Source of the DNA: Promethearchaeota archaeon
GTDB taxonomy: Archaea; Asgardarchaeota; Lokiarchaeia; Sigyniarchaeales; SOKP01
Length of the DNA: 59,682 nt
NCBI GenBank assembly: GCA_030667705.1
Contig: DAOUVJ010000003.1
Coordinates: 1 to 59,682, forward strand
Direction of reading: 5' to 3'
Under the pieces are notes generated by a model. That model searched no databases, was not told the DNA's origin, and saw nothing but the letters and a program-made list of their open reading frames with translations. The translations under genes and the position numbers were made by a program. This document shows, piece by piece, positions 1-9,495 of this stretch (positions are counted from its first letter, which is position 1; each line of letters opens with the position of its first letter).

Positions 1-287
1 TAAGTTTCACAGGTATACCAGATATAATACTGCTATATTTTTTGATAATGACTTCATTTATTCCTTATTTATTGTTCCTTATAATTTTAAAAAATACAGG
101 AAAGCCAAAAAAGAAATCATTGAAAATAATTGTAGGTGTAATTCTTATTGGATTGGGAAGTATTTTTAAAACAGAAATATTCTTAATAGAACTGTTGAAT
201 ATTACTTCACCTATAATATTAATAATCGGAACTATGTTTATATTCGATAGTTTCCGCAAAGAAATATTTGTTCGAACTAATACTTAA
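1..287 (+). CDS. Membrane protein, C-terminal part (5'-truncated by window edge)
   Basis: The frame of ORF 42..287 is open back to position 3 (SFTGIPDIILLYFLIMTSF...). It has about three hydrophobic segments. Confidence 0.6.
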   Translation, partial: SFTGIPDIILLYFLIMTSFIPYLLFLIILKNTGKPKKKSLKIIVGVILIGLGSIFKTEIFLIELLNITSPIILIIGTMFIFDSFRKEIFVRTNT

Positions 288-462
288 ATTGATTTGATTC
301 CAGTAAAAATTACTTTTTTTTATTTAAAAATCTCAGTTTATTTGCGTCATATATTATTTTTTTCCTTTTTACTCAATATAATGCTTTACTATTTCTAATC
401 AATTTATAAGTTTACTTAGTTTACTTATTACTTAATCTATTATTTATTGAATTGAGAAACCT

Positions 463-1488
463 ATGAGAAAGAAAATTAAAATTTTAATAATTTCTCTCAG
501 TATACTTATTGCTAGTAGTATATCTATTACTTTTGGAATACTTTTTTCTATTAATACACCTTCAGCGAGGTATGGCTGTGGTTTGGTTTATGATGAAAGT
601 GTTAATAAATTGATTCTCTTTGGTGGAGGCTTTCAAGACAGTAGTTCATATACCTATTATGGTGATACTTGGATTTATGATCCTATCCCTAATTTATGGT
701 CTGAAATTTTTCCCCAACAACATCCTACAGCAAGATCGAGTCACTCGATGGCTTATGATCCAATAGCCCAAAAGATAATTTTATTTGGAGGAATTGACAT
801 AAATGATAATTGGATAGATGATACATGGATATTTGATTCTCGAACTCAAGTATGGACTCAAATATACCCTGATAATCATCCTTCATATAGAGGAAGCGCT
901 TCTATTTTCTACGATCCACAAGCTCAGAAAGTGATACTTTTTGGGGGATATAGATCCATTGGAGGACATTTAGATGACACATGGGCATTTGATTATTCCA
1001 CTAACAATTGGACAAATCTCAACCCTTCCATAAGACCAACGGGACGATATGGGGCTCCTATGGTTTATGATCCAATCAATCAAAGAGGATTCATGTTTGG
1101 AGGTCGTACTTCAAGTATTACCGACGAAACTTGGGTGTATTATTATTCTAACAATACTTGGGCTGAGTTGACTATGCTAACTAAGCCACCAAACCGATAT
1201 TGGGAATCATTAACTTATGATGATACCGTACAGAGAATAATCCTTTTTGGAGGGTCTGATGGAACTGGAGAAGGGTTGGATGATACTTGGACATACAATC
1301 CTTTTACTAATCAATGGACTCAAGAGCTTCCAAGTTCCTCTCCAGTAAATAGGTTGTTTGCTTCTTTTGTAAACATTCCTGGAACTGGTAAATCTATCCT
1401 TTTTGGAGGATCCAGAGATGTAAATACTTGTCTTGGTGATACTTGGTCATACATTTACAATAGTAATGGCTGGAATAAATTAAAATAG
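463..1488 (+). CDS. Kelch/galactose-oxidase-type six-bladed beta-propeller with N-terminal signal/membrane anchor
   Basis: Six repeats of LILFGG...DDTW.YD...N.W..P..R. The N-terminus is basic then hydrophobic (MRKKIKILIISLSILIASSISITFGILF). Confidence 0.85.
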   Translation: MRKKIKILIISLSILIASSISITFGILFSINTPSARYGCGLVYDESVNKLILFGGGFQDSSSYTYYGDTWIYDPIPNLWSEIFPQQHPTARSSHSMAYDPIAQKIILFGGIDINDNWIDDTWIFDSRTQVWTQIYPDNHPSYRGSASIFYDPQAQKVILFGGYRSIGGHLDDTWAFDYSTNNWTNLNPSIRPTGRYGAPMVYDPINQRGFMFGGRTSSITDETWVYYYSNNTWAELTMLTKPPNRYWESLTYDDTVQRIILFGGSDGTGEGLDDTWTYNPFTNQWTQELPSSSPVNRLFASFVNIPGTGKSILFGGSRDVNTCLGDTWSYIYNSNGWNKLK

Positions 1489-2199
1489 CAATTTTTTTTT
1501 TCAGTTTTCAATATAGCTACAAATTTATTGATGGGTAACGCTGCTTTTGTCAATAACTTTCTACTGCAGTACGCTCCTGGTGACGAATTTATAATATTTG
1601 TAATCTTTATGCTAGGTGCTTTTGTCTCATTTCCTTTTTGGATAATATACCTCAAACGAATTAAAAACAATAAAAAAGTTCTAGTGATAGGTGGTTTCCT
1701 TCTATCTTTTGCTCTTTTTCCATTAAGCTTTTTCCAAACTGATATCGATTTATTCATCATGCTCTTCATTCTCGGATTAGCTATGGAGAGCATGTGGGCA
1801 TTCTTTTATACGATCATTCAAGCAAGCGTGGTAGATGATTTTGTTGCCAAAACTAGAAATAATCAAAAAGGTATACTTCTTGGAGTATCAACGCTCCTTG
1901 GTCGCCTTGTTGCTACTATTGATGAAATTATATTAGCACTTGTAAATTGGGCCACCGGATTTCCAGAAGGGGTAACAACCTATACTGGGTATATCCAGGA
2001 TAGTATGTACTATCCTGGGTTAACTGATATACTTTCAGGTGCTGATCTGGATTTAGCATTAATGGGGATACGGCTTCTTCTTGGTATTATTCCAAGTGTT
2101 ATTTTAATAGTTGGAACACTGGTCTTTTGGAAGTACTTCCCTCTAACTCAAGATAAAGTATTAGAAAACAAGAGAATATTAGAAGAACTAGGGTTTTAA
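1489..2199 (+). pseudogene. C-terminal half (about TM7-12) of a GPH/MelB-family MFS transporter
   Basis: PFWIIYLKRIKNNKKVLVIGG aligns by eye with PFWTRYSKKVKNNKKVMLISG of 10693..12120. The N-terminal half is absent, and the frame is open from immediately after the kelch TAG. Confidence 0.7.
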
Positions 2200-2204
2200 A
2201 AAAC

Positions 2205-2225
2205 CTTTTTTTTTTTATTTTTTAC
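2205..2225 (+). terminator. Oligo-T tract, archaeal-type terminator
   Basis: cctttttttttttattttttta directly follows the stop at 2199. Similar tracts follow several other genes. Confidence 0.45.
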
Positions 2226-2274
2226 TAAATTTTAAGAGATCTCTGGAATTTTTAAGATCAAGCGAGGAATAAAA

Positions 2275-5022
2275 ATGATTAAAGAACTAGCAAAAGTTTA
2301 TGATCATCGTACAATTGAGAAAGAATTGTATGAATGGTGGGAGAAAGAAGGTTTCTTTCGACCTGAAAAATCTCATGAATTAGGCATTACCGATGAAAAA
2401 TCTGAGAGATATTGCATTACAATTCCGTTACCTAATGTAACAGGACAACTCCATTCAGGTCATGCCCTTGTGATTTCCCTTGAGGATTTAATGACCCGTT
2501 ATGAACGCATGCGACAGAAAGAAACTCTCTATGTCCCGGGCACTGATCATGCTGGAATTGCGACTCAAAGTGTTGTTGTTAGGGAACTATTAAAACAAGG
2601 TATTAATCATAAAGATTTAGGGCGTGAAAAATTCATAGAAAAAGTCTGGGAATGGAAAAATAAATACCACGCCCGAATTACTGAGCAGTCGAAAAGGATG
2701 GGTATCAGCTGCGATTGGAGCCGAGAATATTTTACGCTAGATCCAAATTTATCACGAGCCGTTCGAGAAGCATTCTACAGATTATATCATAAAGGATTAA
2801 TATATCGAGGAGAATATATGGTTAATTGGTGTCCGGGAAGGTGTGTTACCGCTATATCAGACTTAGAGACTGAAGCTATTGATGAACAAGGTCACTTATG
2901 GTATATCAAGTATCCAATTATTACTAAAGCTTGGAAGGGCTCCCAACATCCTTGGGCGAGTGGTAAATGGGCAGAAGGTGTTACAGATTTTATTATTGTT
3001 GCTACCACAAGACCCGAGACGCTATTAGGTGATTCTGCAGTAGCTACAATTAAATCCCATCCTAAATATGCTAAATATATTGGTAAACAAGCAGTTATTC
3101 CAGCTGTCGGTCGTTCCGTCCCAATAATTGCCGATCCATATGTGGATCCCGAATTTGGGACTGGAGCTTTAAAAATAACACCCGCTCATGATCCTAATGA
3201 TTTCGAAATTGGTAAAAAGCATAATTTAGAATTCATAAAAATCTTTAATGAAAAAGCTCAGATTCTCCCGGGGTTTGTTGAAGCTTATACAGGCCTAGAT
3301 CGATTAGAGTGTCGGAAAATAATCATAAAAGATCTTGAAAAAGAAGGATTAATAACTGATATCGAACCTTACGATCATGCTGAACCACATTGTCAACGAT
3401 GTCAGGCAACCATAGAGCCACGAGTTTCTATTCAATGGTTTGTGAAAACAAAGCCTCTCGCGGGACCAGCAATGGAAAAAGTTCGGAATGGTGAGACAAT
3501 TATAATCCCTGAAAGAGAAGAACGTCGTTTTTTCCAATGGATGGAAAATATACACGATTGGTGTATATCTCGTCAGCTTTGGTGGGGTCACAGGATTCCG
3601 GTTTGGTATTGTGATGAATGTGGCGAAGAAATTTGTCCCGAACCTGATGTGGAAACGGTTTCAATTTGTCCTAAATGTAATAGTTCTAGAGTTCATCAAG
3701 ATGAAGATGTGTTAGATACTTGGTTCTCAAGTGGTATATGGCCTTTTTCAACCTTGGGGTGGCCTAATACCGATCATCCTGATTATAAACGCTTCTATCC
3801 AACCGACGCTAGAGAAACTGGTTATGATATTCTCTTTTTTTGGGTTGCAAGAGAACTCATGATGGGAATCGAGCTAACAGGAAAAACGCCATACCATACT
3901 GTTTATTTACATGGTATGATTCGAGACGAAAATGGAAAGAAGATCAGTAAAAGTATGGAAAATATCGATCAATATGATCCTCTAGTAATTATAAAGGATT
4001 ATGGAGCAGACTCCCTCCGGTATGTAAACATATCAACTAGTGTTCCGGGATTAGATACTAATTTAGATCCCAAAAATATTGATGTTGCTCATAAATACTG
4101 TAATAAAATATGGCAAGCTTCTCGTTATGTATTGAATAACATTGATCCTGACGAAATAATTTATCGAATTGATGAAATTGAGCTAGAAAAATTAAATTTC
4201 CCTGATAAATGGATACTTTCCAGGCTAAACTCGCTGATTCGAGATGTACAAATTCACATGGATAATTTTGAATACTTACAAATGACTAGAATTATTAAGT
4301 CATTTTTCTGGAGCGAATTTTGTGATTGGTATATTGAAATGAGCAAAATTTTTCTCTATGATGATGGTTATTCTGATAAACACATTCAAAAAGCAATACT
4401 ATTACACGTATTAGATACTTTCTATAGGTTATTGCATCCTGTCATGCCTTTTATCACTGAAAAATTATGGCAAGCTCTTCCAAGTAATATAAAAGAGGTG
4501 CCCACGATAATGTATGCTCAATGGCCTAAGGTTAATGAATCATTCATTGACTCAAAATTAGAAAAAAGTTTCTTGTTAATGTCCGATTTTGTCCGAGAAG
4601 TGAGACGAGTTAAGCATGATTTTGGAATCCCGTTAAAAACACTAGTACCACTACAAATTGAGACGAATAATAAAGAATTATTTGAAATCTGCAAAAACGA
4701 ATTGGTTAAGATGGCATTCATAGACGAGGAAAAATTTATAATCGATGAAAAAATCGTTCCACCTCCTCAATCAGCACGAATCGTGCTCAGTGGAATACCT
4801 GCGTTTATTCCTCTTTCTGGAATGATTGATATTGAAAAGGAAAAAATAAGAATTCAAACTTCTATTGAAAAAGCTAAACTTGAGAAATCCAAAATAGAGA
4901 AAAAATTGCTAAGTCAATTTTCAGAGCGAGCTCCAGAAGAGTTGGTTGAGAGAGAAAGACAGAAACTTGGAGAATTGCAGTTTAAAATTGATCAGTTCGA
5001 AGACCAATTGAAGATTTTATAA
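2275..5022 (+). CDS. valS: Valine--tRNA ligase (bacterial/eukaryotic type with C-terminal coiled coil)
   Basis: PNVTGQLHSGH (HIGH), GTDHAGIATQ, ATTRPETLLGD, GTGALKITPAHD, DWCISRQLWWGHRIP, KISKS (KMSKS), FCDWYIE and a C-terminal coiled-coil arm. Confidence 0.97.
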   Translation: MIKELAKVYDHRTIEKELYEWWEKEGFFRPEKSHELGITDEKSERYCITIPLPNVTGQLHSGHALVISLEDLMTRYERMRQKETLYVPGTDHAGIATQSVVVRELLKQGINHKDLGREKFIEKVWEWKNKYHARITEQSKRMGISCDWSREYFTLDPNLSRAVREAFYRLYHKGLIYRGEYMVNWCPGRCVTAISDLETEAIDEQGHLWYIKYPIITKAWKGSQHPWASGKWAEGVTDFIIVATTRPETLLGDSAVATIKSHPKYAKYIGKQAVIPAVGRSVPIIADPYVDPEFGTGALKITPAHDPNDFEIGKKHNLEFIKIFNEKAQILPGFVEAYTGLDRLECRKIIIKDLEKEGLITDIEPYDHAEPHCQRCQATIEPRVSIQWFVKTKPLAGPAMEKVRNGETIIIPEREERRFFQWMENIHDWCISRQLWWGHRIPVWYCDECGEEICPEPDVETVSICPKCNSSRVHQDEDVLDTWFSSGIWPFSTLGWPNTDHPDYKRFYPTDARETGYDILFFWVARELMMGIELTGKTPYHTVYLHGMIRDENGKKISKSMENIDQYDPLVIIKDYGADSLRYVNISTSVPGLDTNLDPKNIDVAHKYCNKIWQASRYVLNNIDPDEIIYRIDEIELEKLNFPDKWILSRLNSLIRDVQIHMDNFEYLQMTRIIKSFFWSEFCDWYIEMSKIFLYDDGYSDKHIQKAILLHVLDTFYRLLHPVMPFITEKLWQALPSNIKEVPTIMYAQWPKVNESFIDSKLEKSFLLMSDFVREVRRVKHDFGIPLKTLVPLQIETNNKELFEICKNELVKMAFIDEEKFIIDEKIVPPPQSARIVLSGIPAFIPLSGMIDIEKEKIRIQTSIEKAKLEKSKIEKKLLSQFSERAPEELVERERQKLGELQFKIDQFEDQLKIL

Positions 5023-5040
5023 ATCCTTCTTTTATTTCTT

Positions 5041-5952
5041 TTAATAGAACGGTAGATCTTTAATATTTGGTAGATCAATTTGGGGAGCAAATTTTTTAAT
5101 GTATTCAATCGATTTTAATGCTTCACTTCTTGGTAGTTCAAAAACTACAGGACCTGAAAAATCTCTCTGGTGAAGTAAGTTTAAAAATTCTGGTGGAAAG
5201 TTCTTCCCCGTACCTAAAGCACCGTGATCAATAAGTCCTTTTTCAGAATAGTCTTGTAGATGGATTTCACCTGTGATATCTAAATACTTTTCTGCAATAT
5301 CAACCAAATCGATTTCTCCCGAGAATCCTCCTAGAACGTGTGCCGTATCAATGCATAATTTCGTACCTAATTTCTCAACCATTTTAATTGTTTTTTCAAA
5401 TGGAAACTTGAGATTTTCGATCGCAATTTTCTTTCTATCGATTCCTGTCTTTTTAATAATTTCTTTTATACTCTGGATTGATAAATCTGCAAACAAATTT
5501 GTTGCAATGGGATAGAAATCGGGATCCATTATAAATTTCATTGCATCAGCAATAAATTCGCCCGTTGCATGTAATACATAGACTTCTATATCATCTTCTA
5601 ATTGAATAAAGGTTTCATACGCATCAACAATCGAGTTTACACTCCCTTCTCGAATGAACTTGTTAGGACTGGCAAGTTCAATGCTTATGAAAGGAAGATG
5701 TGCTGAATAAGTAATGCCATATTTTTGTTTTATGTTTTTTATTTTCTCGATTTCTTCCTCTGTTATTTTAATAGGAAAAAGTTGGAAGGGGTCTAGTACA
5801 ATTTCGCAGTGTTTATATCCCGCTTTAGCAACACCCTCGATTAAATCTGAGAGGCTAAACTGTGCTAATCCCGCCAAGCCCTTTTCTTTTAGGATTTTAT
5901 TTATGACTAGCTCTAAACTTAAAGGAGAGATACCTATCCTATTCAATGGCAT
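5041..5952 (-). CDS. Sugar phosphate isomerase/epimerase (AP endonuclease family 2) TIM-barrel metalloenzyme
   Basis: SAHLP, IAIENL, CIDTAH, IHLQD, DHGALG and VVFE metal-binding motifs. Confidence 0.75.
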   Translation of the reverse strand: MPLNRIGISPLSLELVINKILKEKGLAGLAQFSLSDLIEGVAKAGYKHCEIVLDPFQLFPIKITEEEIEKIKNIKQKYGITYSAHLPFISIELASPNKFIREGSVNSIVDAYETFIQLEDDIEVYVLHATGEFIADAMKFIMDPDFYPIATNLFADLSIQSIKEIIKKTGIDRKKIAIENLKFPFEKTIKMVEKLGTKLCIDTAHVLGGFSGEIDLVDIAEKYLDITGEIHLQDYSEKGLIDHGALGTGKNFPPEFLNLLHQRDFSGPVVFELPRSEALKSIEYIKKFAPQIDLPNIKDLPFY

Positions 5953-6053
5953 GATATAAATTAAAATGAAATCAAGATAAAAAGTTTAATTATGATTACG
6001 CTTAATTTAGAAAGTCATAAAATTTAATTTAAAATAAATTCTTTTTAGTATGC

Positions 6054-7205
6054 ATGATTAGTAATTATGAAAAAATAGCGAAAAAAATGGGCGTTCCTTG
6101 GTCAGAAGAAATGGAGAAGATTTTAAAAGCTCTGTATTCCCCCGAGGAAGCTGAGATTCTCCTCGTCTTCAACGGTCCTTACTTGGATCGTTTTGATGCA
6201 AAAAAAATAGCGAAAAAACTCAAGCGCCCAATTGATGAGGTTGAGTCCTCATTAAAGGAAATGGCGCGCACTCAAAGACTCTTTTCTGCTTCAAAAGGAG
6301 ATGAAACAACGTATTCAATGTTTCCACTACTTCCAGGGCTTTTTGAACTGTATTTCTCTAACTACGAAAGAGCCATGAAAGAAGAAAAAGAAGTTTTAGA
6401 ATTATTCACTAAAGAATATGAAAAATATTACAATCTAGGTCATGTTGTAAACTCGATGAGCTCTTCCTATCCTTTCATGAGGGTGTTTGTGGACGGGAAA
6501 GTCATTAATGATACTGTTGAGAGAGGAAAAGGAACCACTATTGAAGTTGGTCAGGAAGTCGAACAATATAAGAATAAAATATTACATTTCGAACAAGTTA
6601 GAAATTTAGTTGAGAATTCTCGCAGAGTTTCTGTAATGGATTGTGCTTGTAGGACTCACATGAAACTACATAATGATGGTGTTCCCGTAAATGATTATCC
6701 TATCAATGTATGCATGAGCTTTAACGTGTTTGCAGATTATTGCATTGAAAATGGATTTGGAAGAGAGATGTCGAAAGAGGAAACTCTTAAAACCCTGACT
6801 GAAGCAGCTAAAGCAGGTTTAGTTCACACTACTCAAAATATGACAGAAAAGACGACATTTATATGCAACTGTGATCGGGACTGTTGTGTAATGCTACGAG
6901 GAATTCGCCAATTTAATGACCCAAATTTAGTCGCTACATCAAATTTTATACCAGAATATGAGAGAGAAAATTGTATTTCTTGTTTAAAATGTGTAGAACT
7001 CTGTCCTATGAGTATTATAGAAATGGTTGATGATGGAAGCGAAGATCAATTAATCTCAATTAATCTCAATAGATGCATAGGTTGTGGAGTTTGTGCTTTT
7101 AACTGCCCTGAGGAGGCATTGACAATGGTCAAAAAGTATGATAAAGTTCCAGTTGAAAATGCGATGTTGATGATGACAAAATCTATTGAGGGAAGGAAAA
7201 ATTAA
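6054..7205 (+). CDS. Iron-sulfur protein with C-terminal 2x[4Fe-4S] dicluster domain
   Basis: CACR, ICNCDRDCC, CISCLKCVELCP and CIGCGVCAFNCP. The N-terminus is HTH-like. Confidence 0.85.
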   Translation: MISNYEKIAKKMGVPWSEEMEKILKALYSPEEAEILLVFNGPYLDRFDAKKIAKKLKRPIDEVESSLKEMARTQRLFSASKGDETTYSMFPLLPGLFELYFSNYERAMKEEKEVLELFTKEYEKYYNLGHVVNSMSSSYPFMRVFVDGKVINDTVERGKGTTIEVGQEVEQYKNKILHFEQVRNLVENSRRVSVMDCACRTHMKLHNDGVPVNDYPINVCMSFNVFADYCIENGFGREMSKEETLKTLTEAAKAGLVHTTQNMTEKTTFICNCDRDCCVMLRGIRQFNDPNLVATSNFIPEYERENCISCLKCVELCPMSIIEMVDDGSEDQLISINLNRCIGCGVCAFNCPEEALTMVKKYDKVPVENAMLMMTKSIEGRKN

Positions 7206-7339
7206 ATTTCTCTTTTCTATTTTATTTTAGTTTAATTTGGATATCGACCATATTTTTTCGCAGCAGAAATCATTGTAAGAATAATATAATAAGTACCTCG
7301 ATATATAGAATTTAATATATGAATTAATAAAAATAAATC

Positions 7340-8110
7340 ATGACAGTTCGAATTGAAAAAGATTTTCCCGTTTTCACAGTCATAATTGATAATCCTGATG
7401 TCAAAAACGCGGTTGATGGACCCACAGCTCAACAATTATCAAATGCTTTCAGAGAATTTGAAAATGAAGATGCAGCTAAAGTAGCCGTATTATTGGGCTC
7501 TAATGGAACGTTTTGTTCTGGAGCAAATTTAAAGGCGATTACTGAAGGGCGAGGAAATAAAATAGAAAAAGATGGAGATGGTCCGATGGGACCAACAAGG
7601 ATGATATTATCGAAACCCGTTATTGCAGCCATTGCAGGTTTTGCTGTAGCTGGTGGATTAGAACTTGCTTTATGGTGTGATATGAGAATAGTCGAGGAAA
7701 ATGCAATTTTTGGCGTATTTTGTCGCAGATTTGGTGTTCCATTAATTGATGGTGGAACTGTTCGCCTTCCACGGCTAATCGGTCTAAGTAGAGCAATGGA
7801 TATGATATTAACGGGAAGACCTATAACTGCGACGGAAGCTTATCAATGGGGGTTAGCAAATCGAGTTGTTAAACAGGGAGAATCAAGAAAGGAAGCGGAA
7901 TCAATAGCAAAACAAATCGCTTTATTCCCTGAAACCTGCATGAGGAATGATAGACTATCAGCCTATGAACAAGTTGGATTAGATATTAAAGATGCGATGA
8001 AAAACGAATTTGAATATGGTTTAAAAACCTTAGAAAGTGGAGAATACATCGAGGGAAGTCAAAATTTTACTAAGGGTAAAGGTAAACACGGTAATTTCGA
8101 GAAGATATAA
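7340..8110 (+). CDS. Enoyl-CoA hydratase/isomerase (crotonase) family
   Basis: FCSGANL, KPVIAAIAGFAVAGGLELALWCD, GVPLIDGGTVRLPRLIG. Confidence 0.92.
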   Translation: MTVRIEKDFPVFTVIIDNPDVKNAVDGPTAQQLSNAFREFENEDAAKVAVLLGSNGTFCSGANLKAITEGRGNKIEKDGDGPMGPTRMILSKPVIAAIAGFAVAGGLELALWCDMRIVEENAIFGVFCRRFGVPLIDGGTVRLPRLIGLSRAMDMILTGRPITATEAYQWGLANRVVKQGESRKEAESIAKQIALFPETCMRNDRLSAYEQVGLDIKDAMKNEFEYGLKTLESGEYIEGSQNFTKGKGKHGNFEKI

Positions 8111-8153
8111 AAGAACATTTAGTTTGGTGATTAGATGATTGGGTTTACTGAAT

Positions 8154-9368
8154 TTAATATTTCTTATCCACTAAAAATTTAGATATAATAAGGGAAATAA
8201 CCATCAAACCAAAAACAACATAGAAGGGAAATAAGATTTCTATTTCACCTAATGGGCTCATGATCATTGGAGCAATAGCCCCACAGAAAAACCCAATCGC
8301 ATTATTGAATCCGATCCCAGAACCCTTTAAGTCGGGTTGAATATCTTCAATTACTTCTAATAAAAGAGTATTCCCTGCGGGATCAAACAACGCTATTCCT
8401 ATTCCTAAAAAAGAAACTATAATTATGAAAACAGGGAGGTTCAAAACAAAATCTGGGAAAAAGAAAGAAATTCCGAAAACCATGGCCATAATTTGCCCTA
8501 CCATCATCACTTTTCGAGGACCATATCGATTTAATAACTTGCTGGAAATATAAATAAACACGACATAAAGTGCTAGAATAAACAACATTATATAACTTGA
8601 AGTGATTTCACTTAAACCAAAACCTAATACTTTGTCCTGCAAAACCCAAATCAAATAAGCAGTAATAAATCCAAATAAAAACAATCTCACACTATTAGTT
8701 AATAATGTAAAGATATATTGACGCTCTTTAAGGAGAATCTTTATATTTTTCAAATTGAAATCCATATTCTTATCTTGGTCCTTAATCGTTTCAGTAATAT
8801 TATTCTCTTTCATAACAAAAAAAACAAATATCATGCTAAAACAAATTAGAAATCCGGATATCAAGAAAATGCTCCTAAATCCTAAGAAACTCGAAACGTA
8901 TCCACCTATGATGAATCCAAGGAAGTATCCTACATTCATATATAATGAATAGTAGCCCATTCCCTTACCGTGTTGATCTTTTTTGTATATATCGCCAATA
9001 ATTGCTTGTAGAATTGATGTGTAAGCACCTGCTCCTTGAATTGCTCTGTAGATGATCAATTGGATTACATTTTGAGCTGTAAAGCATAAAAATGTTCCTA
9101 ATAGATAAACTATCATCCCGAAAAGTACTATTTTTCGACGACCTAATTTATCTGAGGCTGCTGCATAAGGAAATTGCAAAATACTTTGAGTCACGGAAAA
9201 AATACCAACAATTATTCCATAAGAAGTTAGAGAACCACCTAGGCTATCAACAAACGAAGGTAAGCCAATTTGGATGATGCTCATTCCCAGACTTCTGAAC
9301 GCTGTTGACATTAGAACTACAATTAATAAAATTTTTGTATGCTTGCTTAATTCTCTACCTAAAGAAAT
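8154..9368 (-). CDS. MFS transporter (DHA1/YajR-like); ATG-called ORF starts at 9311, probable ATT start at 9368
   Basis: SDKLGRRK (motif A), YRAIQGAG and about 12 TM segments. The upstream in-frame extension completes TM1. Confidence 0.85.
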   Translation of the reverse strand: MSLGRELSKHTKILLIVVLMSTAFRSLGMSIIQIGLPSFVDSLGGSLTSYGIIVGIFSVTQSILQFPYAAASDKLGRRKIVLFGMIVYLLGTFLCFTAQNVIQLIIYRAIQGAGAYTSILQAIIGDIYKKDQHGKGMGYYSLYMNVGYFLGFIIGGYVSSFLGFRSIFLISGFLICFSMIFVFFVMKENNITETIKDQDKNMDFNLKNIKILLKERQYIFTLLTNSVRLFLFGFITAYLIWVLQDKVLGFGLSEITSSYIMLFILALYVVFIYISSKLLNRYGPRKVMMVGQIMAMVFGISFFFPDFVLNLPVFIIIVSFLGIGIALFDPAGNTLLLEVIEDIQPDLKGSGIGFNNAIGFFCGAIAPMIMSPLGEIEILFPFYVVFGLMVISLIISKFLVDKKY

Positions 9369-9495
9369 TTTAGTCTCCTCTCGTTTTCTCCGAATTTAGT
9401 TAGAAAATTCTATAAACAATATAAATTTATTTTTCCTAACATTTTGGATTATAGACCTCACGGTCAATTAAAAAACTAAGTAAGGGATATTTTTT

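Noticed and set aside
463-1488. Periodic repeats as a possible CRISPR array or DNA tandem repeat
   Set aside because: The periodicity is at the protein level (kelch blades). There are no identical nucleotide repeats with spacers.
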